The notes below the pieces were generated by a model. That model was given only the letters and a program-made list of their open reading frames with translations. It did no database searches and was not told where the DNA came from. The translations under genes and the position numbers were made by a program. Shown here in pieces: positions 7,224 to 15,718 of a DNA stretch of 15,718 nt. The stretch is from Candidatus Sigynarchaeum calidifontis (GTDB lineage: Archaea > Asgardarchaeota > Lokiarchaeia > Sigyniarchaeales > Sigyniarchaeaceae): NCBI GenBank assembly GCA_030587475.2, contig JAUQYZ020000247.1, positions 1-15,718 of the forward strand, given 5' to 3'. Positions within the stretch are counted from its first letter, which is position 1; every line of letters starts with the position of its first letter.

Positions 7224-8171
7224 ATGCAACTCGACAACGTAGAGATCATCGACACGTACGCGGAGGCGTTCAGCAGCTACGCCGCGCGCGTGCTCATCAC
7301 CGCGAAAGACCCGTACTGGGCAAAACAAGCCGCGCTGTCGGCCATCGGCTTTGCCACGAGCACGATCCACTGCCCGTGCGAGGCCGGCATCGACGTGGAA
7401 GTTCCAGCGGACAAGACGCCGGACAAGCGTCCCGGCATCGTCGTCATGTTTTTCGCCCCGAAGGACAAGATGCCCGAGGTCCTGTTGGCCCGCATCGGCC
7501 AGTGCATCCTCACGTGCCCGACCACCGCGTGCTTCGACGCGTACCCGGCCGAGCTGGTCAACGAGAAGACCGAGGAAACCCCGACGGGCAAGAACCTCGC
7601 GTTCTTCGGCGACGGCTTCCAGTCGAAGGATGAAAAGACCTACCCCTTCGTGACGCACAAAGTGCCCGTCATGGACGGCGAGTTCGTCGTCCAGGCCGGC
7701 TTCAAGTTCGGGAAAGCGATCGCGGGGGGCAACCTGATCCTCCAGGCCAAGACGATCGACGCGGCCGCCGACGCGGCGAAGGCCGCCGTCGATGCCGCCA
7801 GCAAGGTCGAGCGCGTGATCATGCCATTTCCGGGCGGCGTGGTGCGCAGCGGGTCGAAGGTCGGTTCCAAGTACAAGTTCCTCAACGCGTCAACCAACGA
7901 CGCGCTCTGTCCCACGCTCAAGGGCAAGGTTGCCAAGGGCAAGGACGAGGCCGGCAACCCCTACGAGATCCCGGTCAAGAGCCAGGTGCTCGACGGGGTC
8001 GGTGCCGTCCTCGAGATCGTGTACGATGGCCTCACCGCCGACGCGATCAAGGCGGCGATGAAGGCATCCATCCACGCCGCGGTCAAGGTGCCTGGCCTGG
8101 TGGCCATCACCGCGGGCAATTACGGGGGGAAGCTGGGTAAGCACCAGTTCTTCCTTAAGGATTTGCTCTAA
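7224..8171 (+). CDS. ftr: Formylmethanofuran--tetrahydromethanopterin N-formyltransferase
   Basis: IIDTYAEAF, GFATSTIHCPCEAGID, RIGQCILTCPTTACF, AGGN, PFPGGVVRSGSKVGSKY, ASTN..CPTL and ITAGNYGGKLG motifs. Confidence 0.97.
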   Translation: MQLDNVEIIDTYAEAFSSYAARVLITAKDPYWAKQAALSAIGFATSTIHCPCEAGIDVEVPADKTPDKRPGIVVMFFAPKDKMPEVLLARIGQCILTCPTTACFDAYPAELVNEKTEETPTGKNLAFFGDGFQSKDEKTYPFVTHKVPVMDGEFVVQAGFKFGKAIAGGNLILQAKTIDAAADAAKAAVDAASKVERVIMPFPGGVVRSGSKVGSKYKFLNASTNDALCPTLKGKVAKGKDEAGNPYEIPVKSQVLDGVGAVLEIVYDGLTADAIKAAMKASIHAAVKVPGLVAITAGNYGGKLGKHQFFLKDLL

Positions 8172-8219
8172 ACATAAAGTCTTTTCTTCCATTTTTTCAA
8201 GGATCCATTCAGTCAGGAG

Positions 8220-9017
8220 ATGCTGCTCGTGGACATGCCGTACCTCATGCAAGAGCTTATCGAGACCTTGATCGTGGAGGCACACCACGTCGTGGCTCTC
8301 ACGGGGGCCGGCATCTCGACCGAGTCCGGCATTCCCGACTTCCGCTCGCCGGGCAGCGGCCTGTGGCAGAAGTATGACCAGTCGCTCATGGACATCGACA
8401 CGTTCCGGGACAACCCGGTACCCTTTTATACCATGGCCGCGGAGATCGCCGGGCCCATTTTTTCGGCGAAGCCCAACCCCGCCCACATCGCGCTCGCCAG
8501 GCTGGAGGCCGCGGGCAAGCTGGATGGCATCATCACGCAAAACATCGATGGCTTGCACCAGCAAGCGGGTTCGAAGGTCGTGATCGAGGTACATGGCAGC
8601 TTGCGGACATGTACATGCATGCGGTGCGGCGGTAACTTTGCCATCGACGTGCTCGCGAGAAAAATCGTCGCCGAGGGGGAGCTGCCACCCACGTGCGACG
8701 AGTGTAACACGGGCATTCTCAAGCCCGATGCAGTCTTCTTCGGGGAGGCCTTGCCCGGGAAAGCCATGGAAAGGGCAATCGCGATGGCAGAAGCATGCGA
8801 CTTGTTTCTCGTTCTCGGCAGCTCCCTCGAGGTCTATCCGGCCAACCGTCTCCCACGCATCGCCATGGATCACGGTGCCCAGCTCGCGATCGTGAATCGA
8901 GAGCCCACGATGCTCGATCCAAGTGCGACGGTGGTATTGCGGGCCACGCTGGGGGAGGTGCTCCCCGACATTACCGACCGCGTGCTCTACCGGATCCAGC
9001 ATAAGCGGGCTAGTTGA
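8220..9017 (+). CDS. cobB: NAD-dependent protein deacylase (sirtuin, Sir2 family)
   Basis: GAGISTESGIPDFR, TQNIDGLH, HGS, CxxC...CxxC, KPDAVFFGE and GSSLEVYPA motifs. The true start may be 8229 or 8235. Confidence 0.95.
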   Translation: MLLVDMPYLMQELIETLIVEAHHVVALTGAGISTESGIPDFRSPGSGLWQKYDQSLMDIDTFRDNPVPFYTMAAEIAGPIFSAKPNPAHIALARLEAAGKLDGIITQNIDGLHQQAGSKVVIEVHGSLRTCTCMRCGGNFAIDVLARKIVAEGELPPTCDECNTGILKPDAVFFGEALPGKAMERAIAMAEACDLFLVLGSSLEVYPANRLPRIAMDHGAQLAIVNREPTMLDPSATVVLRATLGEVLPDITDRVLYRIQHKRAS

Positions 9018-9040
9018 CAGGCATGCTATCAAGATAATGG

Positions 9041-9049
9041 AAAAAAAAA
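9041..9049 (-). terminator. Oligo-U terminator candidate for the surface-protein operon
   Basis: T9 on the minus strand, 24 nt after the stop at 9074, in the convergent gap. Confidence 0.5.
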
Positions 9050-9073
9050 TGAACCGGGGAAATCCGCGCGATA

Positions 9074-11026
9074 TTATTTCGATTTCGGCTTGCTCCCGTC
9101 TTGTTTTTTCTCGGGAGCGGGTTGCTTGCCTTTCGTGGCCGGTGCTTGCGTGCCAGTGAACGAGCGGCTTGCGGCTGGCTTCTCCGCGGGCTTGGAAGAT
9201 GGCTTCGTCTCCGGTTTCGCTTCCGGCTTCGGCTCCGGCTTCATTTCCGGCTGAATCGCAGTCGATGGTTCCACGTACTTGCTGGTCGTGCCTTTCTCAC
9301 CGGGTTTTCCCTTCTTCGCGTCCAGTCCCTCCTTCGACTTGGTCTTGATGATCATGTCGCGGCGAATGGCCGAGATGCGGGCGTTGGCGTACCGCCAGAT
9401 GATCATGCCGCCGACCACGAAACCCGCGATGAGCAGCAGCACCCCGCCGATGATGTAGGCCGTCACGTCGCGCAGGTCGGGATCCACCTCGATCACGCCT
9501 GCGTTGATGGAACCGGACGACCCGCCCTCTCTATCCACGACGGTGACGAACACACCCCATGACCCCGTGGACAGGGCGGCCGTGGTTACCCGGACCTTGT
9601 ACGGGGATGGCCCGAGCGCGTAATAGGTGACATTTTCGCCGTTCGGGCCGATAAGGGAGATCTGGACGTAATCAATGTTGTCTTCTATGTCGGACGCGTT
9701 CATGATGAAATCGAGGTTGTTGTATATGGGAAATCGCAGCCCGGCCGCCAGCGATTTCCCGTTGATCGTCACGCCGTTGAGAACGGGCAAATTGTTGGTC
9801 ACGATGGTGACGTTTTTTTGCTGGGGATAATAATACCCCGTCGCCGGTCCGACGGCCGGCCCCAAGGACGGGACCGACGTTTCGTTGTCCGTTGCCTTGA
9901 TGATGATCGTCGCGTTGCCCAGGGGAAAAAGCGGGCCGACGGTCAAGTTGCCCGTAAAATTGCCGGTGACCGCGTTGTACGTGAACGGACTCGACGTGTA
10001 GTTCAATCTAGGTAGGACCGAAGAAGGCTCACGCACTTGCTGGAGAATCGCCACGACGTTGGCTCCCTTCACGTCATTGTCAGGATCAGTTACGTTCACC
10101 TCGAAATGCATGGTTTCCGTCACCCGCTTGAGATTCGAGGTGAAGTTATAGGAAGCACCGTGGATCACGGGGGGATTGTTCAAGACGGTGAATTCGGAAA
10201 CGGTCTGGGCTGAATAACCGCCTGAATCATCATATATCTCGATGAAAAACACGTACTTGCCGAGCACGTTATTGCCAGTAAACTTGTAGGTCTGGTTGAG
10301 CGTGCACGTCGCGTTCCAGGTCGCCACCCACGTCGTCGGAACTTCGGACCCGTTGAGCTTGAAGAGAGTCACGTTCCACACGAGTTTGGTAAAGGGAGTC
10401 TCCGGATCGAATATCGACATCAAGAATTCCATGGTCTCGTTCCGGTAATACGCCGACCCGTTCATGTTCAGCAACACGACCGAGCCGATCGGCGAGATGT
10501 TGACCACAGACACTTTGGTCACTGGATTGAAATCAAATCCCCCCGTGTACACGTGCGTTGCATTCCAGATATTAGCCCGAATCTCGTAGAATCCGACGGG
10601 GAGACTGACATTCGTCCTCCATGTGAATGAAAAGATCGTTGTCGTCTCGAATTTTTGAAGCAGGAAGCTTTTCGTACGATTGGGATAGGTAATATTGAGT
10701 TCGCATTTATTGATAGTCGTGCCCCACACTGCAGTGTTCCAACCCCCTGCTTGCAGCATAGCCGTGGCGTTCACACTGAATCCAATAGACCTGTTTAACC
10801 GGTCGACGACGGTATTGTTACACGTGATCCAGATCCCGCCAGATGCCGTGTTATTCGCCGTATAGAAGTACGTCGAGCTGCCAGAAGCGTTCATCGTGCC
10901 ACCAGCTAGTTCGCGTTCACCACGAGACGGGGTCGCTCGCGGACTTGCAAGGGATAGGACGAGAGAGCATGATAGGATCGCACCGATAATGATGATGGAC
11001 GCTGCTGGTTTGTATTTTTCTCTCAT
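9074..11026 (-). CDS. Type I membrane surface glycoprotein with tandem Ig/cadherin-like domains and a Lys/Pro-rich cytoplasmic tail (650 aa)
   Basis: Start re-called at ATG 11026 (GGTGAG RBS, 17 nt after the upstream stop). Signal peptide, many NxS/T sequons, beta-rich repeats, TM AYIIGGVLLLIAGFVVGGMIIW, then ~100-aa charged tail. Confidence 0.85.
   Translation of the reverse strand: MREKYKPAASIIIIGAILSCSLVLSLASPRATPSRGERELAGGTMNASGSSTYFYTANNTASGGIWITCNNTVVDRLNRSIGFSVNATAMLQAGGWNTAVWGTTINKCELNITYPNRTKSFLLQKFETTTIFSFTWRTNVSLPVGFYEIRANIWNATHVYTGGFDFNPVTKVSVVNISPIGSVVLLNMNGSAYYRNETMEFLMSIFDPETPFTKLVWNVTLFKLNGSEVPTTWVATWNATCTLNQTYKFTGNNVLGKYVFFIEIYDDSGGYSAQTVSEFTVLNNPPVIHGASYNFTSNLKRVTETMHFEVNVTDPDNDVKGANVVAILQQVREPSSVLPRLNYTSSPFTYNAVTGNFTGNLTVGPLFPLGNATIIIKATDNETSVPSLGPAVGPATGYYYPQQKNVTIVTNNLPVLNGVTINGKSLAAGLRFPIYNNLDFIMNASDIEDNIDYVQISLIGPNGENVTYYALGPSPYKVRVTTAALSTGSWGVFVTVVDREGGSSGSINAGVIEVDPDLRDVTAYIIGGVLLLIAGFVVGGMIIWRYANARISAIRRDMIIKTKSKEGLDAKKGKPGEKGTTSKYVEPSTAIQPEMKPEPKPEAKPETKPSSKPAEKPAASRSFTGTQAPATKGKQPAPEKKQDGSKPKSK
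9200..9253 (-). repeat. Degenerate 12-bp coding repeat (KPEx)
   Basis: Encodes QPEMKPEPKPEAKPETKP. Confidence 0.8.
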
Positions 11027-11043
11027 GATTTGTCTCTCACCTG

Positions 11044-14000
11044 TTATCTCCGAGCGCTCTCGAGTTGGCGTTTCTTGTTGAGGATCAAGATGAAAAGGAT
11101 ACCAAATGCCCCGAAGACCAGGACATAGCCGAAAATGACGTTTTCCACTGACATTTGCACGTTTGACGCGACGGTCTCCTTGCCAATTACCTTGTCGCCG
11201 TATTGGACGGCGATTTGGTACTCCCGCGTGCCGATATCCCACGGGTTTTCGAGAGGATCCTTGCATGACGCGATGAAGTTGTTGCTTCCCGTGGCCAGGG
11301 TGTACGAGGCATTCAAGACGACGGACGCGGCGCCGGTGGCGAGCACGCGCGTGATGGTGATCCGAACGCTCGCGGACGACGCGAGATTGTTTCGGAACGA
11401 GAATGCGAAGAGCAACGGGCCACCCTGGACAGGCTTTGCAGGGCCTGACAATGAAATCACCTCGATCGGCGCGCGGAACGGCACCAAGTATTGCAGCGTG
11501 CCCAGGGACACGTTCGCCCATGATAGGATGATCGAGAACTGGTACTGGTTGAGCTTCGCATGATCCGGCTTGAGCCTGAAGATTATCGCGACAGGTATCT
11601 CCTGGTCGGGCACGATGTTCTCGATGATGCGTGTCGCGTTGCCGCTTGCCAGCTCGATGTTCACGCTCGAGAATACCAGCTTGACGCTTTCGTTGCGGTT
11701 CTTGTTCATGTTCTTCACGTTAAAGGTCAAGCTGTAGTTTGATGTGTCCACCATATATGCAGGGTAGATGACGTTCGTGAGAACGATGGGGATATTCACG
11801 TACACGGGAATCTCTCCGGAGAGCACGGCGCTGCCGTTTTTCGAGATGGAGAAATTAATGGCTTGCATCTCGGTCGGTATCTGCCCCTTTGCCGTGAGCT
11901 CCAGCGTGTAGGTGGAATTCACGGCGGACCCGTTCACCGTCACGTTGAGCGACGCCGTTTCGATGATGTTTCCTTTGAAGGTGATGGTGAGGTTCTGGGC
12001 AGTGCTGATGGAATTGCTCATGTTGATCTTGACCGTGAATTTCTCGCCGGGGTAGATCGCCGGCACGGATTCCGGGGACGTCCGGTTCATGAAGTAGGCC
12101 GTGAACTTGCTCCCCGAAAAATCGAAACGTGCACTCGGGTTCTTGGGATCCGTCCACACGGTGATGCTGCTAGTGATGTAAAACTCCTTGAAGGCCTCCG
12201 TGGCCTCGAATCCCGTTCTATTGGCGACCACGCCGATCAAGTGCGCGGTTTGCGATTTCTTTGCGGGGTCCATGTCCGTGAATTCAGGAGGATTGGGGAG
12301 GGGGAACGTGAAGTACGCGTCGCCGAGGTTGTCCGTGACCGTGAAGATCTCGTCGTAGACGGTCTTGTTCGAGTAGCGGATCCGGAAATAGACGTCCGAG
12401 TAATTGAGCGGGATGACCGTGGTTATCGGGTTCGGTAACGAGCTGGTCATGTTCAGTTTCCACGTCGCCTTTGCCTTCACCGGCATCTTTTTCTCGTAGA
12501 CGAACGTGTTCGTGTTGCCGGTCGCGTTCGTCGACACGGTCAATGTCGTTGATCTGGACGTCGTGTACATGCCTGACAGCGCGTAGAGGAGGAGGCCGAG
12601 ATCGCCGGCGAGCGACGCCTTGTTGTTGGAAGCGGCCTTGAAGGTCTTGTTTTGCGAGTCGTACAGCACCTTCTTGACAGCGGCCCACGCGTCGCACGCC
12701 ACGTCGTAGTACGTTATGTTCTTGACCGGTGAATACGCATGGTTCGCCGCGACGAGGAGTGACAAGGATGCCGTCATTGCCCATGCGTTGTCTTCCAAGA
12801 ACTGATTGCTGTCGATCGGGTCCATGTTGAAATTCATGGCGTGGATGAAGCCCTTGTTCGTGGCGTTCCACGCCCTATCGAGAAGCCGGTTGAACGCTGC
12901 CTTCGCGCGATCCACATAAATCTTAGCTTGAGTCGTCTGGTTGTACATGTAATACGTGCTGAGCGCGTGGATGGCCAACACTGCATCGAGCACCGATTTC
13001 TGCGTGCCGACAGGCAGGCCGTTCTTGCCAATGGACGTGATGAAAAGCGAGTTGTGCAAGAAGCCGGGGAACGAGCCAGGCATCGAAAACAACGAGATGA
13101 CCCGGTATGCCTTGTCCCGGGCTTGTGCCTTCACCGTGTCGCTGCCATGGTAATTGGCAAGCCAGTTCAGGGCAAGGTAGGCGATCAAGTTGTCGTACGC
13201 GTAGAACTCGGTGTCCGACGTCGCGTTGTACCGCGCGAACGCGTAGAACCGGTACCCGGAATAGTTCCCGCTCCCGTAGTGGTAGCTAATCATGTAGTTG
13301 AACATCTCCTCCTGGAAACGAGATGCGCTGCTGCCAAGGGTAGTGCTCCCGATGATGGCCCACGCAGCATCCGTCACCGTCTTCACGCCATCGACGACCG
13401 TACCCGCGGCATTCATCGACCGGTAAAAGCCGCCCTTTTGCACGTCCCGGAGCCTGCTCGCGTTGACTTCCGAGAAGAGCGTGGCGAGTGGTGTTCCCAG
13501 CGCGGAGTTATAACCCAGCATGATCTTAAAGGTGTCGGACGCGAGCTTCGTGGAATTCGAGGGCGTCGCTGCGCCACCGATCGCCGCGTGGTGGAAAAGC
13601 GAGCGGTTTGTGTCGTTCAGTGCAGAGTTGGCGAGGTATCGTGTGACATCGTACATTCCATCCGAGAACGTGTTCCGTGGCGACGGGGTGGGCGTGCCGA
13701 AGTCGATGTTCGTATCGACCAGGTTGAACTCCAACTGGTGGAAAAAGATTGGAACTGTGTTATTGATTTTGTTGTCAACGTACATAACGGCCTTGATCAA
13801 TGCCCCCGTGTAGACGTCGATGTAGAGGTTATCTTGCCATTTGTATATAGAGCCGTTTATGACATTACGCACGATCTTGACCGCGGAACGCGTGCCCATG
13901 TACGTAGCAATGCTCGCGGTGCCGTCTATTGTGAATCCAGGGATTGGTGTGAAGAGGGCTTTCGGGGATCGGTATAACGTGCTTAACGACTTATAATATG

Positions 14001-14646
14001 AAAGGATCGTGCGATAGTAACCATAGTATAAGCCCCGCGCGGGCGAGCCGATAGTGAGCATTGAATCAACGACGACCTGGTTGGTACCGTTCCCTGAAGC
14101 CCCCCGGAAGGTGCCGTTGGAGGTGTACATGTCCAGCGTGGTCGTGAAGGTGTAATTGGTAGCGAAGTTCGTGCTATTCGAGACCGATGCCTTGATCGGG
14201 CCTGCCGAGTAACCACGGTATTGCTCCGCGAGCAAGGTTGCATTTGCCACGCTCGTGTTATAGAAGCCAATAACCGGTCCAGGAAGGGTGAAACCGTAAT
14301 ACACGTGTAAATTCGTCGTCTGCTCGTTGATCGAGTAATTTTGGCCCGAGATGGAGTTGAACGTGTACCGGAGATTTGCAGTCAAGTTCGTCGTCGTCTC
14401 TTCAGGAGCCCCTGGAATGAGTCCATAATTGACAGAATATTCCAAGTAATTGCCAGGGACGAGAAAACTGGGACGGCCGATATCCGCGTAGGAATCCGCG
14501 GGTGTTCCACCCATTTTCGATGACGGACAATTGGCAAGAGTTGAAATCGACGGAATGCCGGGCATCACAATTCCAGAAAGCAGCACGGCGGAAAGAACTG
14601 CCCACGCTTTCACTTTCCTGAAAATCTCGGGGGATCCTCTAACCAT
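11044..14646 (-). CDS. 1200-aa secreted, membrane-anchored glycoprotein with a central (alpha/alpha)-barrel-like region and C-terminal Ig-like domains
   Basis: Signal peptide; very many NxS/T sequons. Repeated helical-hairpin motifs (KTVTDAAWAII, FYAYDNLIAYLAL, KSVLDAVLAIHAL, QFLEDNAWAMTASL; WNATNKGF, LYDSQNKTF). Beta-rich C-terminal half; terminal TM plus KKR. Confidence 0.85.
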   Translation of the reverse strand: MVRGSPEIFRKVKAWAVLSAVLLSGIVMPGIPSISTLANCPSSKMGGTPADSYADIGRPSFLVPGNYLEYSVNYGLIPGAPEETTTNLTANLRYTFNSISGQNYSINEQTTNLHVYYGFTLPGPVIGFYNTSVANATLLAEQYRGYSAGPIKASVSNSTNFATNYTFTTTLDMYTSNGTFRGASGNGTNQVVVDSMLTIGSPARGLYYGYYRTILSYYKSLSTLYRSPKALFTPIPGFTIDGTASIATYMGTRSAVKIVRNVINGSIYKWQDNLYIDVYTGALIKAVMYVDNKINNTVPIFFHQLEFNLVDTNIDFGTPTPSPRNTFSDGMYDVTRYLANSALNDTNRSLFHHAAIGGAATPSNSTKLASDTFKIMLGYNSALGTPLATLFSEVNASRLRDVQKGGFYRSMNAAGTVVDGVKTVTDAAWAIIGSTTLGSSASRFQEEMFNYMISYHYGSGNYSGYRFYAFARYNATSDTEFYAYDNLIAYLALNWLANYHGSDTVKAQARDKAYRVISLFSMPGSFPGFLHNSLFITSIGKNGLPVGTQKSVLDAVLAIHALSTYYMYNQTTQAKIYVDRAKAAFNRLLDRAWNATNKGFIHAMNFNMDPIDSNQFLEDNAWAMTASLSLLVAANHAYSPVKNITYYDVACDAWAAVKKVLYDSQNKTFKAASNNKASLAGDLGLLLYALSGMYTTSRSTTLTVSTNATGNTNTFVYEKKMPVKAKATWKLNMTSSLPNPITTVIPLNYSDVYFRIRYSNKTVYDEIFTVTDNLGDAYFTFPLPNPPEFTDMDPAKKSQTAHLIGVVANRTGFEATEAFKEFYITSSITVWTDPKNPSARFDFSGSKFTAYFMNRTSPESVPAIYPGEKFTVKINMSNSISTAQNLTITFKGNIIETASLNVTVNGSAVNSTYTLELTAKGQIPTEMQAINFSISKNGSAVLSGEIPVYVNIPIVLTNVIYPAYMVDTSNYSLTFNVKNMNKNRNESVKLVFSSVNIELASGNATRIIENIVPDQEIPVAIIFRLKPDHAKLNQYQFSIILSWANVSLGTLQYLVPFRAPIEVISLSGPAKPVQGGPLLFAFSFRNNLASSASVRITITRVLATGAASVVLNASYTLATGSNNFIASCKDPLENPWDIGTREYQIAVQYGDKVIGKETVASNVQMSVENVIFGYVLVFGAFGILFILILNKKRQLESARR

Positions 14647-14813
14647 AATGGTCTCACGTCAGTGATGATGAAGCGCATATGAACTGTCGCTACACGTATG
14701 GATACCAGAAGCATACGTTTCTATTAATACAATTGGTACGAACACCAACCACGGAGGGATGCTTGACCGACGGCACGTGCCGGGAAAATTAGTGGAAGTG
14801 GGAGGGCGCGTGC

Positions 14814-15718
14814 CTACCATACGAATCGCGCGCCGGACTTCTTTGCTTCACCAACGATGTTGATGCTCGTACCACACGAAATACATTTATTATCCTTGTC
14901 AAGTCGCAAGTCCGTGATGCTAAAACCTCGCCGTGCCACCACGACTGCTTTGCAATTGGGGCACCGCGTGTCTTCCCCGCCTTGCACGCGCGCATTCCCC
15001 ACGTAGACGTTCACGAGCCCGATATCCATCGCGATCTTGCGCGCCGCGAGCAGCGTTTCCACGGGGGTCGGAGGCAGGTCGAGCTCGTAATCCGGGTGAT
15101 ATGCAGAGAAGTGCAGCGGGATATCCTTCCCGACGTTGGCGACGAGCCACTCGCAGAGTTTCTGGATCATCCCGGGCGAATCGTTCAACGTGGGGATGAC
15201 GAGGTTCGTGATCTCCACGGCTTTTCCGTTCTCATGCATTGTTTTCACGCAATCGAGGACGGGCTTGAAGTCCGGCGCCTTGCAGACTTTCTTGTAGAAG
15301 GCCACGTCGAACGCCTTGATGTCGACGTTCGCCCCGTCAACGTGGGGGAGAAGGAGGGCGAGCGCTTGTGGTGTCGTGTAGCCGTTCGTGACCAAGACGG
15401 TCTTTATGCCCCTCTCGTGCGCGATCTTGCCCACATCGAGGATATACTCGAGCCAGATCATGGGCTCGTTGTAAGTGAATGCGAGCAGCTTGCAGCCCGA
15501 TTTTTCCACGCTGCGTACGAGCTCCGCGGGGCTCTTGTAACGCAAGTGCATGGGCATGCCACCCGTCGTGAAGGTCGGCGCATCGAGCCCATCATTCTTG
15601 ACCTGGCTGAGGTGATAGTTCTGGCAATTGAGGCACTTGAAGCTGCAACCCGCCGACGACACGGAATAAATGTCGCTACCAGGATAGAAGTGGAACATCG
15701 GCTTTTTCTCGATGGGGT
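14814..15718 (-). CDS. amrS: AmmeMemoRadiSam system radical SAM enzyme (PflA-like), 5'-partial
   Basis: PIEKKPMFHFYPGS, CSFKCLNCQN (CxxxCxxC), AFTYNEP, VTNGY, PLHFSAYHPDY, VYVGN and C-terminal CPNC...CISC. The frame stays open to the window end. Confidence 0.92.
   Translation of the reverse strand, partial: PIEKKPMFHFYPGSDIYSVSSAGCSFKCLNCQNYHLSQVKNDGLDAPTFTTGGMPMHLRYKSPAELVRSVEKSGCKLLAFTYNEPMIWLEYILDVGKIAHERGIKTVLVTNGYTTPQALALLLPHVDGANVDIKAFDVAFYKKVCKAPDFKPVLDCVKTMHENGKAVEITNLVIPTLNDSPGMIQKLCEWLVANVGKDIPLHFSAYHPDYELDLPPTPVETLLAARKIAMDIGLVNVYVGNARVQGGEDTRCPNCKAVVVARRGFSITDLRLDKDNKCISCGTSINIVGEAKKSGARFVW

Noticed and set aside
7890-9032. 380-aa minus-strand ORF
   Set aside because: Antisense shadow of ftr and the sirtuin.
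11027-11521. 165-aa N-terminal extension of ORF 9074..11521
   Set aside because: Overlaps the upstream gene out of frame. The RBS and signal peptide point to ATG 11026.
12841-13977. 378-aa plus-strand ORF
   Set aside because: Antisense shadow of the 1200-aa gene.
14655-14720. C/D-box sRNA or second SECIS (GTGATGA; ACGTATG/CATACGT inverted repeat)
   Set aside because: No downstream CUGA box D on the same strand and no AUGA/GA core with a helix. The 7-bp inverted repeat alone is weak evidence.

Overview
Archaeal chromosomal window, probably an Asgard (Lokiarchaeia-related, GC-rich) archaeon. This is inferred from ftr, GGTGA-type RBSs, TATA boxes and a eukaryote-type SECIS. The left ~3 kb is an AT-rich accessory patch: a partial DKRFEAM heptad-repeat gene, a broken SEC-C remnant, an orphan Dam-family adenine methyltransferase and a DUF4258/YgiT-AbrB toxin-antitoxin pair. 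The rest holds a GxGYxYP glycoside-hydrolase-like protein coupled to a polytopic membrane protein, an HD 5'-nucleotidase, ftr, a sirtuin, two large membrane-anchored surface glycoproteins and a partial AmmeMemoRadiSam radical SAM gene. Main result: a 74-aa selenoprotein gene missing from the ORF track (6186..6410, in-frame TGA in a CxxU motif, VKIVYCETUGG, thioredoxin/Rdx-like). A eukaryote-type AUGA/AA/GA SECIS stem-loop lies in its 3' UTR (6459..6540).
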